DNA from: an uncultured Eubacteriales bacterium
GTDB taxonomy: Bacteria; Bacillota; Clostridia; TANB77; UBA1234
DNA length: 64,000 bases
Assembly (NCBI GenBank): GCA_949283575.1
Contig: CASDSU010000016.1
Span: forward strand, 130-64,129
Direction of reading: 5' to 3'
A model generated the notes under the pieces. The model ran no database searches, had not been told where the DNA came from, and saw nothing but the letters and a program-made list of their open reading frames with translations. Position 1 is the stretch's first letter. Each line of letters opens with the position of its first letter. The position numbers and the translations under genes were made by a program. Positions 10,368-20,853 of this stretch are shown one piece after another.

Positions 10368-11627
10368 TCATTGCTTTATAATTTTTGCACCTAATATCGT
10401 TAATTTTTGAATTAAATTTTCATATCCACGTTCTATAAATTCTATTCCTGTAATTTCTGATGTTCCTACAGCAGCTAACGCTGCTGTTACAAGAGCTGCA
10501 CCTCCACGAAGTTCTTTTGCTTCTAAATTGGCCGAAAAGATTTCTTCAACACCTTGAATTATTGCTGTACGATCTTCCAAGGTTATATTTGCTCCCATCT
10601 TTATTAATTCGTTTACATATTTATATCGATTTTCAAATATATTTTCAACTACGATTGAGGTTCCTTCGGAAAGCGTTAATAATGTAAGAAATTGAGATTG
10701 TAAATCTGTTGGAAATCCTGGATACGGCATTGTTTTTATATTAGTTGCCACTATATTTTTAGTAGTTCTCATATAAATCTTATTTTTTGATGTATTAATT
10801 TTAAAGTTCATTTGCTTTAGCTTATGAAGTGCAGATGATAAATGTTCGGGATTCACTTTTTTTAGTTCAACTTCTCCTCTTGTCATTGCAACCATACACA
10901 AGTACGAACCAGCTTCAATTCTATCTGGAATTACACTAAATTCTGTATCATGTAATTTTTCTACACCTTTTATAATAATAGTGTTACTGCCTGCTCCTTT
11001 TATTCTGGCTCCCATACTGTTTAAAAAATCTTGTAAATTTTTTATTTCGGGCTCTCTTGCAACATTTTTTATTTGTGTTTCTCCTTCAGCAAAAACACTT
11101 GCAAGCATTATATTTTCTGTCGCACCAACAGATGGAAAATCCAAAACAATTTCTGTTCCCTCTAGTTTATAAGCTCTACAATCTATGTAACCATTTTTTT
11201 CTTCTACATTAACTCCTAATTGTTCGAATGCTTCTAAATGTAAATTGATTGGTCTACTTCCTATTTCACATCCACCCGGATAAGTAAACTTACATTGTTT
11301 TGTTCTACCAATTAATGCACCTGCTAAAATCACTGATGAACGCATTTCTCTCATAAGTTTTTCTGGTATTTCATTTCTTTGTATATCAGAAGCATCAATT
11401 TCTAATTTATCGTCATATTTTCTTATAACACAGCCTAATTCTTGTAGAATCAGACACATCGTTCTAACATCTCTTATATTTGGTACATTATCTATAACCG
11501 TTGTACCTTTATTTAAAATACTTGCCGCTATGATTGGCAATGTAGCATTTTTAGACCCAGAAATATTAATAGAACCAGAAAGTTTATGCCCACCTTCTAT
11601 TAAATAAGAACTCAATTTTTCATTCAC
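10368..11627 (-). CDS. murA: UDP-N-acetylglucosamine 1-carboxyvinyltransferase MurA
   Basis: 419 aa; GSKNATLP motif and active-site Cys in KFTYPGGCEIG. Confidence 0.9.
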   Translation of the reverse strand: MNEKLSSYLIEGGHKLSGSINISGSKNATLPIIAASILNKGTTVIDNVPNIRDVRTMCLILQELGCVIRKYDDKLEIDASDIQRNEIPEKLMREMRSSVILAGALIGRTKQCKFTYPGGCEIGSRPINLHLEAFEQLGVNVEEKNGYIDCRAYKLEGTEIVLDFPSVGATENIMLASVFAEGETQIKNVAREPEIKNLQDFLNSMGARIKGAGSNTIIIKGVEKLHDTEFSVIPDRIEAGSYLCMVAMTRGEVELKKVNPEHLSSALHKLKQMNFKINTSKNKIYMRTTKNIVATNIKTMPYPGFPTDLQSQFLTLLTLSEGTSIVVENIFENRYKYVNELIKMGANITLEDRTAIIQGVEEIFSANLEAKELRGGAALVTAALAAVGTSEITGIEFIERGYENLIQKLTILGAKIIKQ

Positions 11628-11706
11628 CTCTTCTTAAAGTATGCCTTTAATATATTAGTATGCTAATATTTCAAAAAAGTGAATTTTGTGTATACTTATT
11701 CTTTTT

Positions 11707-13644
11707 TTAGTAAACAAAGTTCATATTCTTTACTTTATTTACTTTACTTACTATATATTTTTCTAGTTTTTCCATAAATACTTCTTTTTCTATTTCTTTT
11801 TTTGCTACCATGTCCAAACCCTTTTCCCAACTTGCTGTAAGTTCTGGATTTAACATGTCTGGAACTGTAAATCTAACAACTTTATATACAAGCTCTCCTT
11901 TTCCACTTGGCGTTAAAACTTGAGTTTTGTTATTTATGTCGATATAGTTTATTCTATTTAATTTTTTTATAATCTCAGCACGAGTCGCACTTGTTCCTAT
12001 TCCTGAACCTTTTATTTGTTCTCTTAATCTTTCATCTTCTATTAGTTTTCCCGCATTTTCCATTGCTAAAATTATTGAACCTGATGTATATCTACTTGGA
12101 GGCGAAGTTTCTCCTTCTTTAACGTTCATCTCTGAAAGTGTTAATTTTTGTCCTTTCTTTAATTTCTTTAATGCATCAATATTTGTATTTTCAGAAGACT
12201 CTTCTTTATCATTTTTTATAACTTCTAAATATCCTTGTTTAACACAAATCTTTGCATTTGAATAAAATTTCTGACCTGCTATATCAACAATTACAGAAAG
12301 TCTCATAAATTCTGCTGCCGGGAAGAATATGCTTAAAAATCTCTTTACTATCAATTTATAAATATCTTTATGCAAATCTGATAACGAATCTAAATTTTCA
12401 AATCCCTGCCCTGTAGGAATTATCGCATAGTGATCTGTGATTTTTGAATCATTTACATACTTACTTTTCACAATATCTAAGCTATATTTTTCAGTTATCA
12501 TTTTATTAATTAAGTTCTTTACCTCTTCATCTTTGTATCCTCTAGCAAGTCCATTTAAATTTTTACTTATTTCCTTCGCAACAGCTGTAGAAAGAACTCT
12601 AGCATCTGTTCTAGGATATGTAACTAACTTTTTCTCATATAATAATTGAATTATTTCTAGTGTTTGATCCGGCGAAATCTTGAATTTTTTACTACATTCA
12701 TTTTGAATTTCTGCTAGATTATATAAAAGTGGTGCATTCTCCTTTGCATTCTTTTTCGTAGATTCTAAAACATTTGGCTCTGTTTCAGATTTTTTTAATG
12801 CTTCAATAAAAGAAAGAGCATCACCTTCATTTTTAAAACCAACATCGTTATATATTAAATCTTTGTCAAATGCCATTTTGACAATTTCAATATTATTAGG
12901 ATTTTCTTTTTCACATTTCCACTCTGAAGAAATCCCTTCTTCAAAAGAAGCCTGTATTTTATAAAATTTTGATTTAACAAAATTAACAATTTCATATTCT
13001 CTTTCAACAATCATTCCAAGAACACATGTCATTACTCGTCCAACTGATATTGAAGTTCTCTCCTCATTATTTCTCTTTGCAACTTCTCTCCCATAAGAGA
13101 GCGTTAATAGTCTTGAAAAATTGATACCTATTAAATAATCTTCTTTTGCTCTTAAATATGCACTATCAGACAATGCATCATATTCAGATAAATCCTTTGC
13201 ATTTTGTATTCCTTTTAAAATTTCTTCCTCAGTTTGTGAATCAATCCATACTCTTTTCTTAATTTTATCTTTCACATCAGCCATTTGATCAACTAATCTG
13301 TAAATATATTCTCCTTCTCTTCCAGAGTCGGTACACACATATATGGTATCAACATCTTCAGCTTGTAATAATGACCTTACAGTTTCAAATTGATTTTTTA
13401 CATTATCTATAATTTCATATTTCCATTCAGTCGGTATAAATGGTAATGTGTCATACCTCCACGACTTATATTTTTCGTCATACACTTCAGGATAGCTCAT
13501 TGTTACTAAATGACCAACACACCAAGTAATCACATATTCATCTGATTCTAAATATCCATTCTTTCTTGTTGTATTGACTTTTAATGCTTTTGCAAATTCC
13601 ATCGCTACACTTGGTTTTTCTGTAATTAAAAGTTTTCTAGACAT
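11707..13644 (-). CDS. topB: type IA DNA topoisomerase III
   Basis: 645 aa; Toprim N-terminus (LLITEKPS), CVGHL motif, topo IA core without C-terminal zinc fingers. Confidence 0.8.
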   Translation of the reverse strand: MSRKLLITEKPSVAMEFAKALKVNTTRKNGYLESDEYVITWCVGHLVTMSYPEVYDEKYKSWRYDTLPFIPTEWKYEIIDNVKNQFETVRSLLQAEDVDTIYVCTDSGREGEYIYRLVDQMADVKDKIKKRVWIDSQTEEEILKGIQNAKDLSEYDALSDSAYLRAKEDYLIGINFSRLLTLSYGREVAKRNNEERTSISVGRVMTCVLGMIVEREYEIVNFVKSKFYKIQASFEEGISSEWKCEKENPNNIEIVKMAFDKDLIYNDVGFKNEGDALSFIEALKKSETEPNVLESTKKNAKENAPLLYNLAEIQNECSKKFKISPDQTLEIIQLLYEKKLVTYPRTDARVLSTAVAKEISKNLNGLARGYKDEEVKNLINKMITEKYSLDIVKSKYVNDSKITDHYAIIPTGQGFENLDSLSDLHKDIYKLIVKRFLSIFFPAAEFMRLSVIVDIAGQKFYSNAKICVKQGYLEVIKNDKEESSENTNIDALKKLKKGQKLTLSEMNVKEGETSPPSRYTSGSIILAMENAGKLIEDERLREQIKGSGIGTSATRAEIIKKLNRINYIDINNKTQVLTPSGKGELVYKVVRFTVPDMLNPELTASWEKGLDMVAKKEIEKEVFMEKLEKYIVSKVNKVKNMNFVY

Positions 13645-13676
13645 TCAAACAGCTCTCCTTACTCTAACTAATACTT

Positions 13677-14759
13677 CTATTTTTCTACTTTAACAATTTT
13701 ATGAATTTCTTTCATTATATTATCCATCGCATCTTTCATTTCTGACTTTTTTGCTTTTTCTGTCATGCTTTTTAATTTTTCTTTATTATTTAAAATTTCC
13801 TCAATAGTCCTTTTCAAAATTTCACATGTTAAGTTTTTTTCTTCTATTATAATACCTGCATTTGCGTCTGCTATTGTCTTTGCATTATAAAATTGATGAT
13901 TTTCTGCAGCATATGGAAATGGTATAAGTATTGCTGGAAGCCCAACTATTCCTAGCTCAGTAACTGTTAATGCTCCACTTCTACATACAGCAAGATCAGA
14001 TGCTACCATTATTTCTTCCATATTATATATGTATTTTTCTACTTTTACATTTTGATTTTTTACTTTTATTTGACTCATTATTTCATCATAATGTTTTGGT
14101 CCTGTAGCATATATAACTTCATAATCTTCGATTTTAGTTGTATTTATAAATTCAACCATTGTCTCATTTATTTTCTTTGCACCCTGACTTCCTCCAAATA
14201 CTAGTACCAATGGCTTTTTACTTTCTATTTTCTTTTTGCATTCTTCTTTTGTATAAGAATCTTGTAGTTTTGTTGGATTACCTGTATATACAGCACATTT
14301 AGCTTTTGGGATTTGTTTTAGTGCATCTTCAAATCCAACTGCAACTCTATCAACTTTTCCAGATAACCATTTCGTCGTTTTTCCTGGCAAAGCGTTACTT
14401 TCATGTATCAATGTTGGCACTTTTAATTTTATAGCGGCAATCATTGCTGGTGCAGTGACATATCCTCCCGTACCTATAACTAAATCTATCTTATCTTCTT
14501 TTATTATTCCTTTTACATCATTAATTCCTTTTATTAATTCTGTAAAGGTTTTTATATTCTTTAAAACATTCCCTCTTCTAATCCCTCTTGCATGAATATA
14601 TTTTATATTAAACCCTGCTTTAGGGATTAAATCAACTTCCATTCTCGTTTTTGTTCCAACAAAAAGTATTTCATGACCTTCTTGTTTTAATCTATTCGCA
14701 ATTGCTATTCCTGGCGTTATATGCCCACCAGTTCCGCCAGCTGCTATCAATACTTTCAT
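13677..14759 (-). CDS. murG: undecaprenyldiphospho-muramoylpentapeptide beta-N-acetylglucosaminyltransferase MurG
   Basis: GGTGGH motif; start placed at MKVLIAAGGTGGH (ORF extends to 14774). Confidence 0.9.
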   Translation of the reverse strand: MKVLIAAGGTGGHITPGIAIANRLKQEGHEILFVGTKTRMEVDLIPKAGFNIKYIHARGIRRGNVLKNIKTFTELIKGINDVKGIIKEDKIDLVIGTGGYVTAPAMIAAIKLKVPTLIHESNALPGKTTKWLSGKVDRVAVGFEDALKQIPKAKCAVYTGNPTKLQDSYTKEECKKKIESKKPLVLVFGGSQGAKKINETMVEFINTTKIEDYEVIYATGPKHYDEIMSQIKVKNQNVKVEKYIYNMEEIMVASDLAVCRSGALTVTELGIVGLPAILIPFPYAAENHQFYNAKTIADANAGIIIEEKNLTCEILKRTIEEILNNKEKLKSMTEKAKKSEMKDAMDNIMKEIHKIVKVEK

Positions 14760-14831
14760 ACTGCATCCCTCCACTATTTATATTATGACTAAAAAATTTT
14801 TGTGTGTCAATCATAGAAAAAGGACGAAATC

Positions 14832-15029
14832 ATTGGAAATTGGGACAGTTTCTTTTTCAAAATTCAGAAAAAATCAACAAAAAAGTATTGTTTTTAAGCC
14901 TCGACCAACTCATTATTCATTGCAAACATGATGCAATGAATATGAGAACTCGGCGACAAAAAACAATACTTTTTTATTGTCTTAGATAGTTTATATTTTT
15001 GGAAAAAGGAGCCGTCCTAATTTCCAATT
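14832..15029. repeat. MITE-like structured intergenic repeat, copy A (imperfect 28-bp terminal inverted repeats plus conserved core)
   Basis: TIRs CATTGGAAATTGGGACAGTTTCTTTTTC / GGAAAAAGGAGCCGTCCTAATTTCCAATT. About 110-bp core (AAAATCAACAAAAAAGTATTGTTTTTAAGCC...AAAAAACAATACTTTTTT) about 95% identical to 61048-61158; nested 16-bp and 14-bp stems. Confidence 0.6.
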
Positions 15030-17118
15030 ATTTTTTTCTTGATGTTTTCTTAGTTGAAGTTTTTTTGGTAGTTTTTGCAGTTTCTGATTTCTTCCTTCTT
15101 GTTTTTGGCTTTTCATCTTTTGTTGTCTCTTTATTTATTTCTGCAGGTTTTATAACACCTTCTTTATTCGGACCATTCCATGCTATAAAATCGCATTTGG
15201 CATTTTTTGTATCGTCATTGTTTTCACAAATGAAATATCTTTTTCCTCTCTTACTTTTCTTTATTAATATGTCTCCTCCACATTTTGGACACTTAACATC
15301 AAGTTTTTCAACGATTGGTTTGATATTTCTGCATTCTGGGAATCCAGGGCACGCCATAAATTTTCCATACTTACCAATTTTTATTACCATCATTCTGCCG
15401 CATTTTTCACAAGGTACGTCTGTCTCTTCATCTTTTATTACGATTTTTTCCATTTCTTTTTCAACAACAACTAAGTTTTCAGAAAATGGACCATAGAATT
15501 CTTCAAGTATCTTTTTCCATTCAACATTTCCCTCTGCAACATCATCAAGTCGTTCTTCCATCTGAGCAGTAAACTCAAGATCTACAATATCTTTAAAATA
15601 CTCCTTCATTACATTATCTACGATACGCCCTAATTCTGTTGGTTCTAATATTTTTTTATGTCTTTCTATATATTTTCTATCTATAATTGTTGTTATTGTT
15701 GGAGCATATGTACTTGGTCTTCCAATTCCCTGTTCTTCCAAAGCTTTTACCAAACTTGCTTCTGTATATCTAGCAGGTGGTTCTGTAAAATGTTGAAGTG
15801 GATTCAATTCGTTTAGTTTCAATTTTTGACCAACTTCAAGCTCAGGAAGTATAACATCTTTTTCTTCCAATTCTTCATCATTTCCTTCAACATATAAAGA
15901 CATAAATCCTGGGAATTTTATTTTGCTTCCATTTGTTTTAAACAAATACTTGTCTACATTTATATCAACAGCCATTGTATCATATACAGCTGATGACATT
16001 TGTGAAGCCAACATTCTATCATATATAAGTTTATATAATTTATACTGCTCTAAAGGATATTTTTCTTTTACATCATCTGGAAGCATATCTAGATGTGTTG
16101 GTCTTATTGCTTCATGTGCATCTTGTGCATCCTTCTTTGTTTTATAAAATCTATTTTCGTAATATTTTTCACCAAATCTACTTACAATTTGTTCTTTCGC
16201 CATTACACGAGCTTCATCTGAAATTCTTGTTGAATCTGTTCTCATATACGTAATTAAACCATTTTCATATAAAGTTTGTGCAATCGACATTGTTCTTTTA
16301 ATTTGGAATCCTAATTTTCTTGAAGCTTCTTGTTGTAATGTACTTGTTGTAAATGGAGGTGCGGGATTTCTCTTTTTCTCACCTTTTTTTATAGAAGAAA
16401 CAATATAATCTTTTCCTTCTAATCCATTTAATATTTCTTGCATTTGTTCTTCTGAAGTAATTTCTTGTTTTTGATTGTCAATTCCATAATATTTTGAAAT
16501 TATATTTTTCTTACTTTTTACATCTTTTAAACTTGCTTCTAATGTCCAATACTCTTCAGGTACAAACCCTTCAATTTCTTCTTCTCTGTCTACAATCATT
16601 CTAACAGCAACTGATTGAACACGACCCGCTGATAATCCTTTTTTTACTTTTTTCCAAAGTAATGGACTTATTTTATAACCAACTATTCTGTCTAACGCTC
16701 TTCTAGCTTGTTGAGCATCTATTAAATTTTTATCTAATTTTCTTGGTTCTTTTATTGCAGTTTTAATTCCATTCGCCGTTATTTCATTAAAAGCTATTCT
16801 GCAATTTGTATCTGTATCAATTCCAAGTATATAAGCCAAGTGCCAAGCTATCGCCTCTCCTTCACGGTCAGGGTCAGTCGCAAGAAAAACTTTTTTTACA
16901 TTCTTAGCTTCATTTTTTAATTTTTTTATTAAATCAGCTTTTCCTCTAATATTTATATACTTTGGCTCAAAATTATTTTCTGTATCTATGCCTAATTGTG
17001 ATTTCGGTAAATCTCTTACATGTCCCATTGAAGCTTCTATTTTATATTTTGATCCTAATATCTTCTTGATGGTAGTAGCTTTTGCAGGTGACTCAACTAT
17101 AACTAAATAATCAGCCAT
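15028..17118 (-). CDS. topA: DNA topoisomerase I
   Basis: 696 aa; Toprim, topo IA core, C-terminal Cys4 zinc ribbons and Lys-rich tail. Confidence 0.95.
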   Translation of the reverse strand: MADYLVIVESPAKATTIKKILGSKYKIEASMGHVRDLPKSQLGIDTENNFEPKYINIRGKADLIKKLKNEAKNVKKVFLATDPDREGEAIAWHLAYILGIDTDTNCRIAFNEITANGIKTAIKEPRKLDKNLIDAQQARRALDRIVGYKISPLLWKKVKKGLSAGRVQSVAVRMIVDREEEIEGFVPEEYWTLEASLKDVKSKKNIISKYYGIDNQKQEITSEEQMQEILNGLEGKDYIVSSIKKGEKKRNPAPPFTTSTLQQEASRKLGFQIKRTMSIAQTLYENGLITYMRTDSTRISDEARVMAKEQIVSRFGEKYYENRFYKTKKDAQDAHEAIRPTHLDMLPDDVKEKYPLEQYKLYKLIYDRMLASQMSSAVYDTMAVDINVDKYLFKTNGSKIKFPGFMSLYVEGNDEELEEKDVILPELEVGQKLKLNELNPLQHFTEPPARYTEASLVKALEEQGIGRPSTYAPTITTIIDRKYIERHKKILEPTELGRIVDNVMKEYFKDIVDLEFTAQMEERLDDVAEGNVEWKKILEEFYGPFSENLVVVEKEMEKIVIKDEETDVPCEKCGRMMVIKIGKYGKFMACPGFPECRNIKPIVEKLDVKCPKCGGDILIKKSKRGKRYFICENNDDTKNAKCDFIAWNGPNKEGVIKPAEINKETTKDEKPKTRRKKSETAKTTKKTSTKKTSRKK

Positions 17119-17198
17119 TTTATTCTCCTTTTTTCAATTTTGTCATATTTTTCTAATTTCTACCTAAAGTATTATAATCATTCTTTCAGAAATATGCA

Positions 17199-17241
17199 AG
17201 TCTAGACTCAGGGACATCCCCGAATCTAGACCCGAGTCTAA
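17199..17241. repeat. GGAC-rich palindromic motif (AGACTCAGGGAC...CCCGAGTCT), related to the 34585-34684 inverted repeat
   Basis: shares the AGACTC(G/A)GGGAC / CCCGAGTCT arms with the lon-feoA intergenic palindrome. Confidence 0.4.
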
Positions 17242-17243
17242 AT

Positions 17244-17528
17244 TTAAATCAAATCTTCAATTATTTCACTTAAATGTATTGGTGTAACCGCATTCTCTTG
17301 CAACAGTTTGACTATTGAATTTATTTCATCTCTATTTGTTGTAATATCTTCAACTTTGCTAACTTCCGAAAATACTTGATTGAAACTTTCTATTTCTATA
17401 CCATAAGTATTAATTTTTCTATTCATCTCTGCACAAAATTTATTTTGTGTCAAAATATAATATTTCAATTCTAAATTTTCCTTTTCTGATAATGCTAATT
17501 TTTTCCCACCAATATAGGTCTTTTCCAT
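17244..17528 (-). CDS. hypothetical small protein
   Basis: 94-aa ORF, no recognisable motif. Confidence 0.35.
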   Translation of the reverse strand: MEKTYIGGKKLALSEKENLELKYYILTQNKFCAEMNRKINTYGIEIESFNQVFSEVSKVEDITTNRDEINSIVKLLQENAVTPIHLSEIIEDLI

Positions 17529-17658
17529 TGTGGTAATACCCCCTCTTTTCTTATGTACAAAATTGATTATAAGTATTATCAGTAGGATTATTCAAGTTTT
17601 TTACATCGCAAAAAATGACAACTATCGTCATTTTTTCAAGATAACTAGCTATTTTTCG

Positions 17659-18456
17659 CTAATCACCAATTCGACTTCTTATAAAATATGTTATAAAAAA
17701 TATTAAACTTGCTATTATAACTATTGTTGGACCAGTTGCAACTTCTATGAAATATGAAATTATAAGTCCTAATATTCCAGAAAAAACAGCAAATATTACA
17801 GAAAATATGTGATATTCTCTTAAATTTCGAGCTATATTTCTGCTTGCTGCAGCAGGTAATATAAGCATAGAATTTATTATTAATATTCCAACCCAACGTA
17901 TTGATATCATTACTATTACTGCTATTAAAATCACAAATAAATTTTCAACTAATTTTGAATTTATTCCTTTACTTTTTGCAAGTGAAGCATTAAGACTTAT
18001 TGCATATAACTTGTTTGAAAATAATATCCAAAAAACCAAAACAACTATTGCTATTATCGATAATGCAAAAATTTCTGTAGGAACTATACTTAAAATATCA
18101 CCTATTAAATAATTCGAAAATTTTGAAAAGTTACCATTCTTGGATAAAATTATTAATCCTAATGCTAAAGCTGTTGATGAAAATACACTTATTATTGTAT
18201 CCCTTGATGTTATTTTTAAATCTTTTATTCTATTTAATAAAAGTGCAAAAATAACCCCAAATATTATCATCGAAATAGTCGGATTTACTATTCCAAATAA
18301 GGCACCTATAGCAATTCCTGTTAAGGCCGAATGTCCTAATGCATCTGAAAAAAAAGCCATTTTGTTATTTACTATGACAGTTCCAATTAATCCGAAAAGT
18401 GGTGTCATTATTAAAATTGCAAATAAAGCATTTCTCATAAATTCATATTCTAACAT
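17659..18456 (-). CDS. metal (Zn/Mn) ABC transporter permease, ABC-3 family
   Basis: 265 aa, 8-9 TM helices, ZnuB/MntB-like pattern. Confidence 0.8.
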   Translation of the reverse strand: MLEYEFMRNALFAILIMTPLFGLIGTVIVNNKMAFFSDALGHSALTGIAIGALFGIVNPTISMIIFGVIFALLLNRIKDLKITSRDTIISVFSSTALALGLIILSKNGNFSKFSNYLIGDILSIVPTEIFALSIIAIVVLVFWILFSNKLYAISLNASLAKSKGINSKLVENLFVILIAVIVMISIRWVGILIINSMLILPAAASRNIARNLREYHIFSVIFAVFSGILGLIISYFIEVATGPTIVIIASLIFFITYFIRSRIGD

Positions 18457-19176
18457 TTACACTTCACCAAATCTTTCTATAAATTCTTTTGATTTCAAAA
18501 CTTCTTCTGGCTTACCTTTTGCTATTATTGTCTTATCTAACAAAATGACTTTATCTGCATATTTTTTTACATATTCAAAGTCGTGTGAAACTAATATTAT
18601 AGCCAAATCATGTTCTTCTTTTAATTTATTTATATTTTGATAAAATTGTTCTCTACCATTTCGATCGATTCCTGAAATCGGTTCATCTAGAAGTAACAAA
18701 TCTGGATATGGCATTGTAGCAATTGCAAGCATTACTCTTTGTAATTGACCACCTGATATAGAATTAATTTTAGAATCAATTAATTTTTCAGCCCCAAAAT
18801 CTTTTAAATGTTCATAAATTTCATTATATTTCTTTTTATTTTTTATTATAAAAACCGGAGAATTATTTGTATAACTAGATATCACATCATAAACCGTCGC
18901 AGGAGAATTTTCCATATCTAATTTTTGAGGAACATACCCAATTTTTATTTTATTGCCCGAATCTTCTTTATCTTTGAAAAGAATCTTACCTGTGTGCTTA
19001 ACTTCCCCCAAAATAGCTTTTATCAAAGTAGATTTACCCGCACCATTTTCTCCAATTATTACGGTAAGCTTTCCACAATGAATATGTATATTAACATTTT
19101 TTAAAACTTCTTTTTCACCAAAAGAAACATTAATATTTCTAATTTTTGTACAACAATATCCACATTTTTCAACCAT
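18457..19176 (-). CDS. metal ABC transporter ATP-binding protein
   Basis: Walker A GENGAGKST, signature LSGGQLQRV, Walker B LLLLDEP. Confidence 0.85.
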   Translation of the reverse strand: MVEKCGYCCTKIRNINVSFGEKEVLKNVNIHIHCGKLTVIIGENGAGKSTLIKAILGEVKHTGKILFKDKEDSGNKIKIGYVPQKLDMENSPATVYDVISSYTNNSPVFIIKNKKKYNEIYEHLKDFGAEKLIDSKINSISGGQLQRVMLAIATMPYPDLLLLDEPISGIDRNGREQFYQNINKLKEEHDLAIILVSHDFEYVKKYADKVILLDKTIIAKGKPEEVLKSKEFIERFGEV

Positions 19177-20156
19177 TATTTTAACGCCTCCTCTAGCACC
19201 TCAAGATTCCTTGTCATAATTTCTATATATGCTTCTTTCTTAAATTCTCCACTTGTTACTGGATCCAATTCATAAACACTTACATTCGTTTCATTAGCAA
19301 TTACATTTGCCGCAGTTTTCGAATACTCAGGTTCTACAAATATCGCATTTACATTATTTGCTTTAACGATATCAATTATTTCTGCAATATCACGAGCGCT
19401 TGGGCTTGTACCAGGTTCTCTTTCAATTACAGCAATTACATTCAAGTCAAATTCCTCTGCAAAATAATAAAATGCCTCATGAAATGTAACAATATTTTTA
19501 TTAGGCAAATTCTCTATCGTCTCATGCATTTTTTCACTTATTTCTTTCAGTTCAACAATATAATTTTTAGCGTTTTCTTCATACTTTTCTTTATTTGTTG
19601 GATCAATTTGAATTAATTTTTCAGCAATTTCTTCTATTTGATGTATATGCAAATCAACACTTACCCATATATGAGGATTTTCTTCTCCGTCATGATTATG
19701 TTCATGTTCCTCACTCCCATGTTCATGCTCATGATTTTCTAAAACATGTTCACTAGCATTAATAATTTCAAGAGCTGGATACGCTGAAATTGCTTTATCT
19801 AGAAACGATTCCATACCTCCACCATTTATGACAAAAATATCTGCATTTTCTAACTTCATCATATCTTTAACTGTCAATTGATAATCATGAAGACATCCTA
19901 CTTCTGGGCTAGCCAAACATTCAAGTGTAACATCAGATACACCATCCACAATATTAGCCGTCGCAATGTACATTGGATAAAAAGATGTAATTATATTTAA
20001 TTTATCATCTTCACCTTTGTTTTCTTGAAGATTACAAGAGCACAAAAGTAAAGATGTTATCAGAATTAAATTCATCAAAATAAAATTCCTGAATTTCATT
20101 ATAAAGCTCACCTTTCCTCTATTCATATATAAAATTGGAAAAAGGAATCGTCCCAA
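19176..20156 (-). CDS. metal ABC transporter substrate-binding lipoprotein (ZnuA/AdcA-like, His-rich loop)
   Basis: lipobox LLLCSC; His/Glu-rich loop HEHEHGSEEHEHNHDGEENPH typical of zinc-binding ZnuA. Confidence 0.8.
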   Translation of the reverse strand: MGRFLFPILYMNRGKVSFIMKFRNFILMNLILITSLLLCSCNLQENKGEDDKLNIITSFYPMYIATANIVDGVSDVTLECLASPEVGCLHDYQLTVKDMMKLENADIFVINGGGMESFLDKAISAYPALEIINASEHVLENHEHEHGSEEHEHNHDGEENPHIWVSVDLHIHQIEEIAEKLIQIDPTNKEKYEENAKNYIVELKEISEKMHETIENLPNKNIVTFHEAFYYFAEEFDLNVIAVIEREPGTSPSARDIAEIIDIVKANNVNAIFVEPEYSKTAANVIANETNVSVYELDPVTSGEFKKEAYIEIMTRNLEVLEEALK

Positions 20157-20217
20157 TTTCCCAAAATAAAGACGACAAAATAGTTTTAAACCATATTGCC
20201 GTCATTTGTATTTTGTA

Positions 20218-20853
20218 TTAAGATTTCATTTTTGAAATTACATTTGCCTTATCTTCGGCTTTAACAATTGCAGTACCTGAAACAATCATATTTGCACCGG
20301 CAGCTTTAACTCTATCAACGTTTGATAAATTAATACCACCATCTACCTCTATGTCAATATTAGGTTTCATCTCTCTGATTTTTCTTACTTTTTCCAGGCA
20401 AGATTCTATCATAACTTGACCTCCAAACCCAGGCTCAACTAGCATTACTAAAACAAGTTCAATATCATCTAGGTAAGGTATAATTTCTTCTACTGGTGTA
20501 TCAGGTTTTATGGCAATTCCGGCACTTACTTCACATTCATGCAAAATGTCAATTATTCTATGCGCTGTTTCTTCCGAAACAGTTTCTATATGAAATGTTA
20601 TAATATTTGAAAGTGGTAAGAAATCTTCCAATAAAGCTTCTGGATTTTCAACCATTAAGTGTGTATCTAATGGTAAATTAGTACCGTCATGAGCATTCTC
20701 AATCATTGCTATTCCTTCGGTTCTATTTGGAACAAATTCACCATCCATAACATCTATATGGATATAATCCGCACCAGCTTTTTCTAAAACAGACACTTCG
20801 CTTTCTATTTTATCAATATCTACAGAAAGAATGGAGGGAGCAATTTTTACCAT
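20218..20853 (-). CDS. rpe: ribulose-phosphate 3-epimerase
   Basis: 211 aa; APSILSVD, HIDVMDG motifs. Confidence 0.9.
   Translation of the reverse strand: MVKIAPSILSVDIDKIESEVSVLEKAGADYIHIDVMDGEFVPNRTEGIAMIENAHDGTNLPLDTHLMVENPEALLEDFLPLSNIITFHIETVSEETAHRIIDILHECEVSAGIAIKPDTPVEEIIPYLDDIELVLVMLVEPGFGGQVMIESCLEKVRKIREMKPNIDIEVDGGINLSNVDRVKAAGANMIVSGTAIVKAEDKANVISKMKS

Noticed and set aside
14832-15029. Interpreting the two-copy repeat as a riboswitch or T-box leader
   Set aside because: Copy B is not upstream of any gene in the right orientation, and both copies are bounded by inverted repeats, which fits a mobile or repeat element better than a cis-regulatory leader
20157-20217. Zur box upstream of the znuA-like gene
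   Set aside because: No convincing match to the Firmicutes Zur palindrome (AAATCGTAAT-N-ATTACGATTT); the weak palindrome there is more simply the rpe terminator
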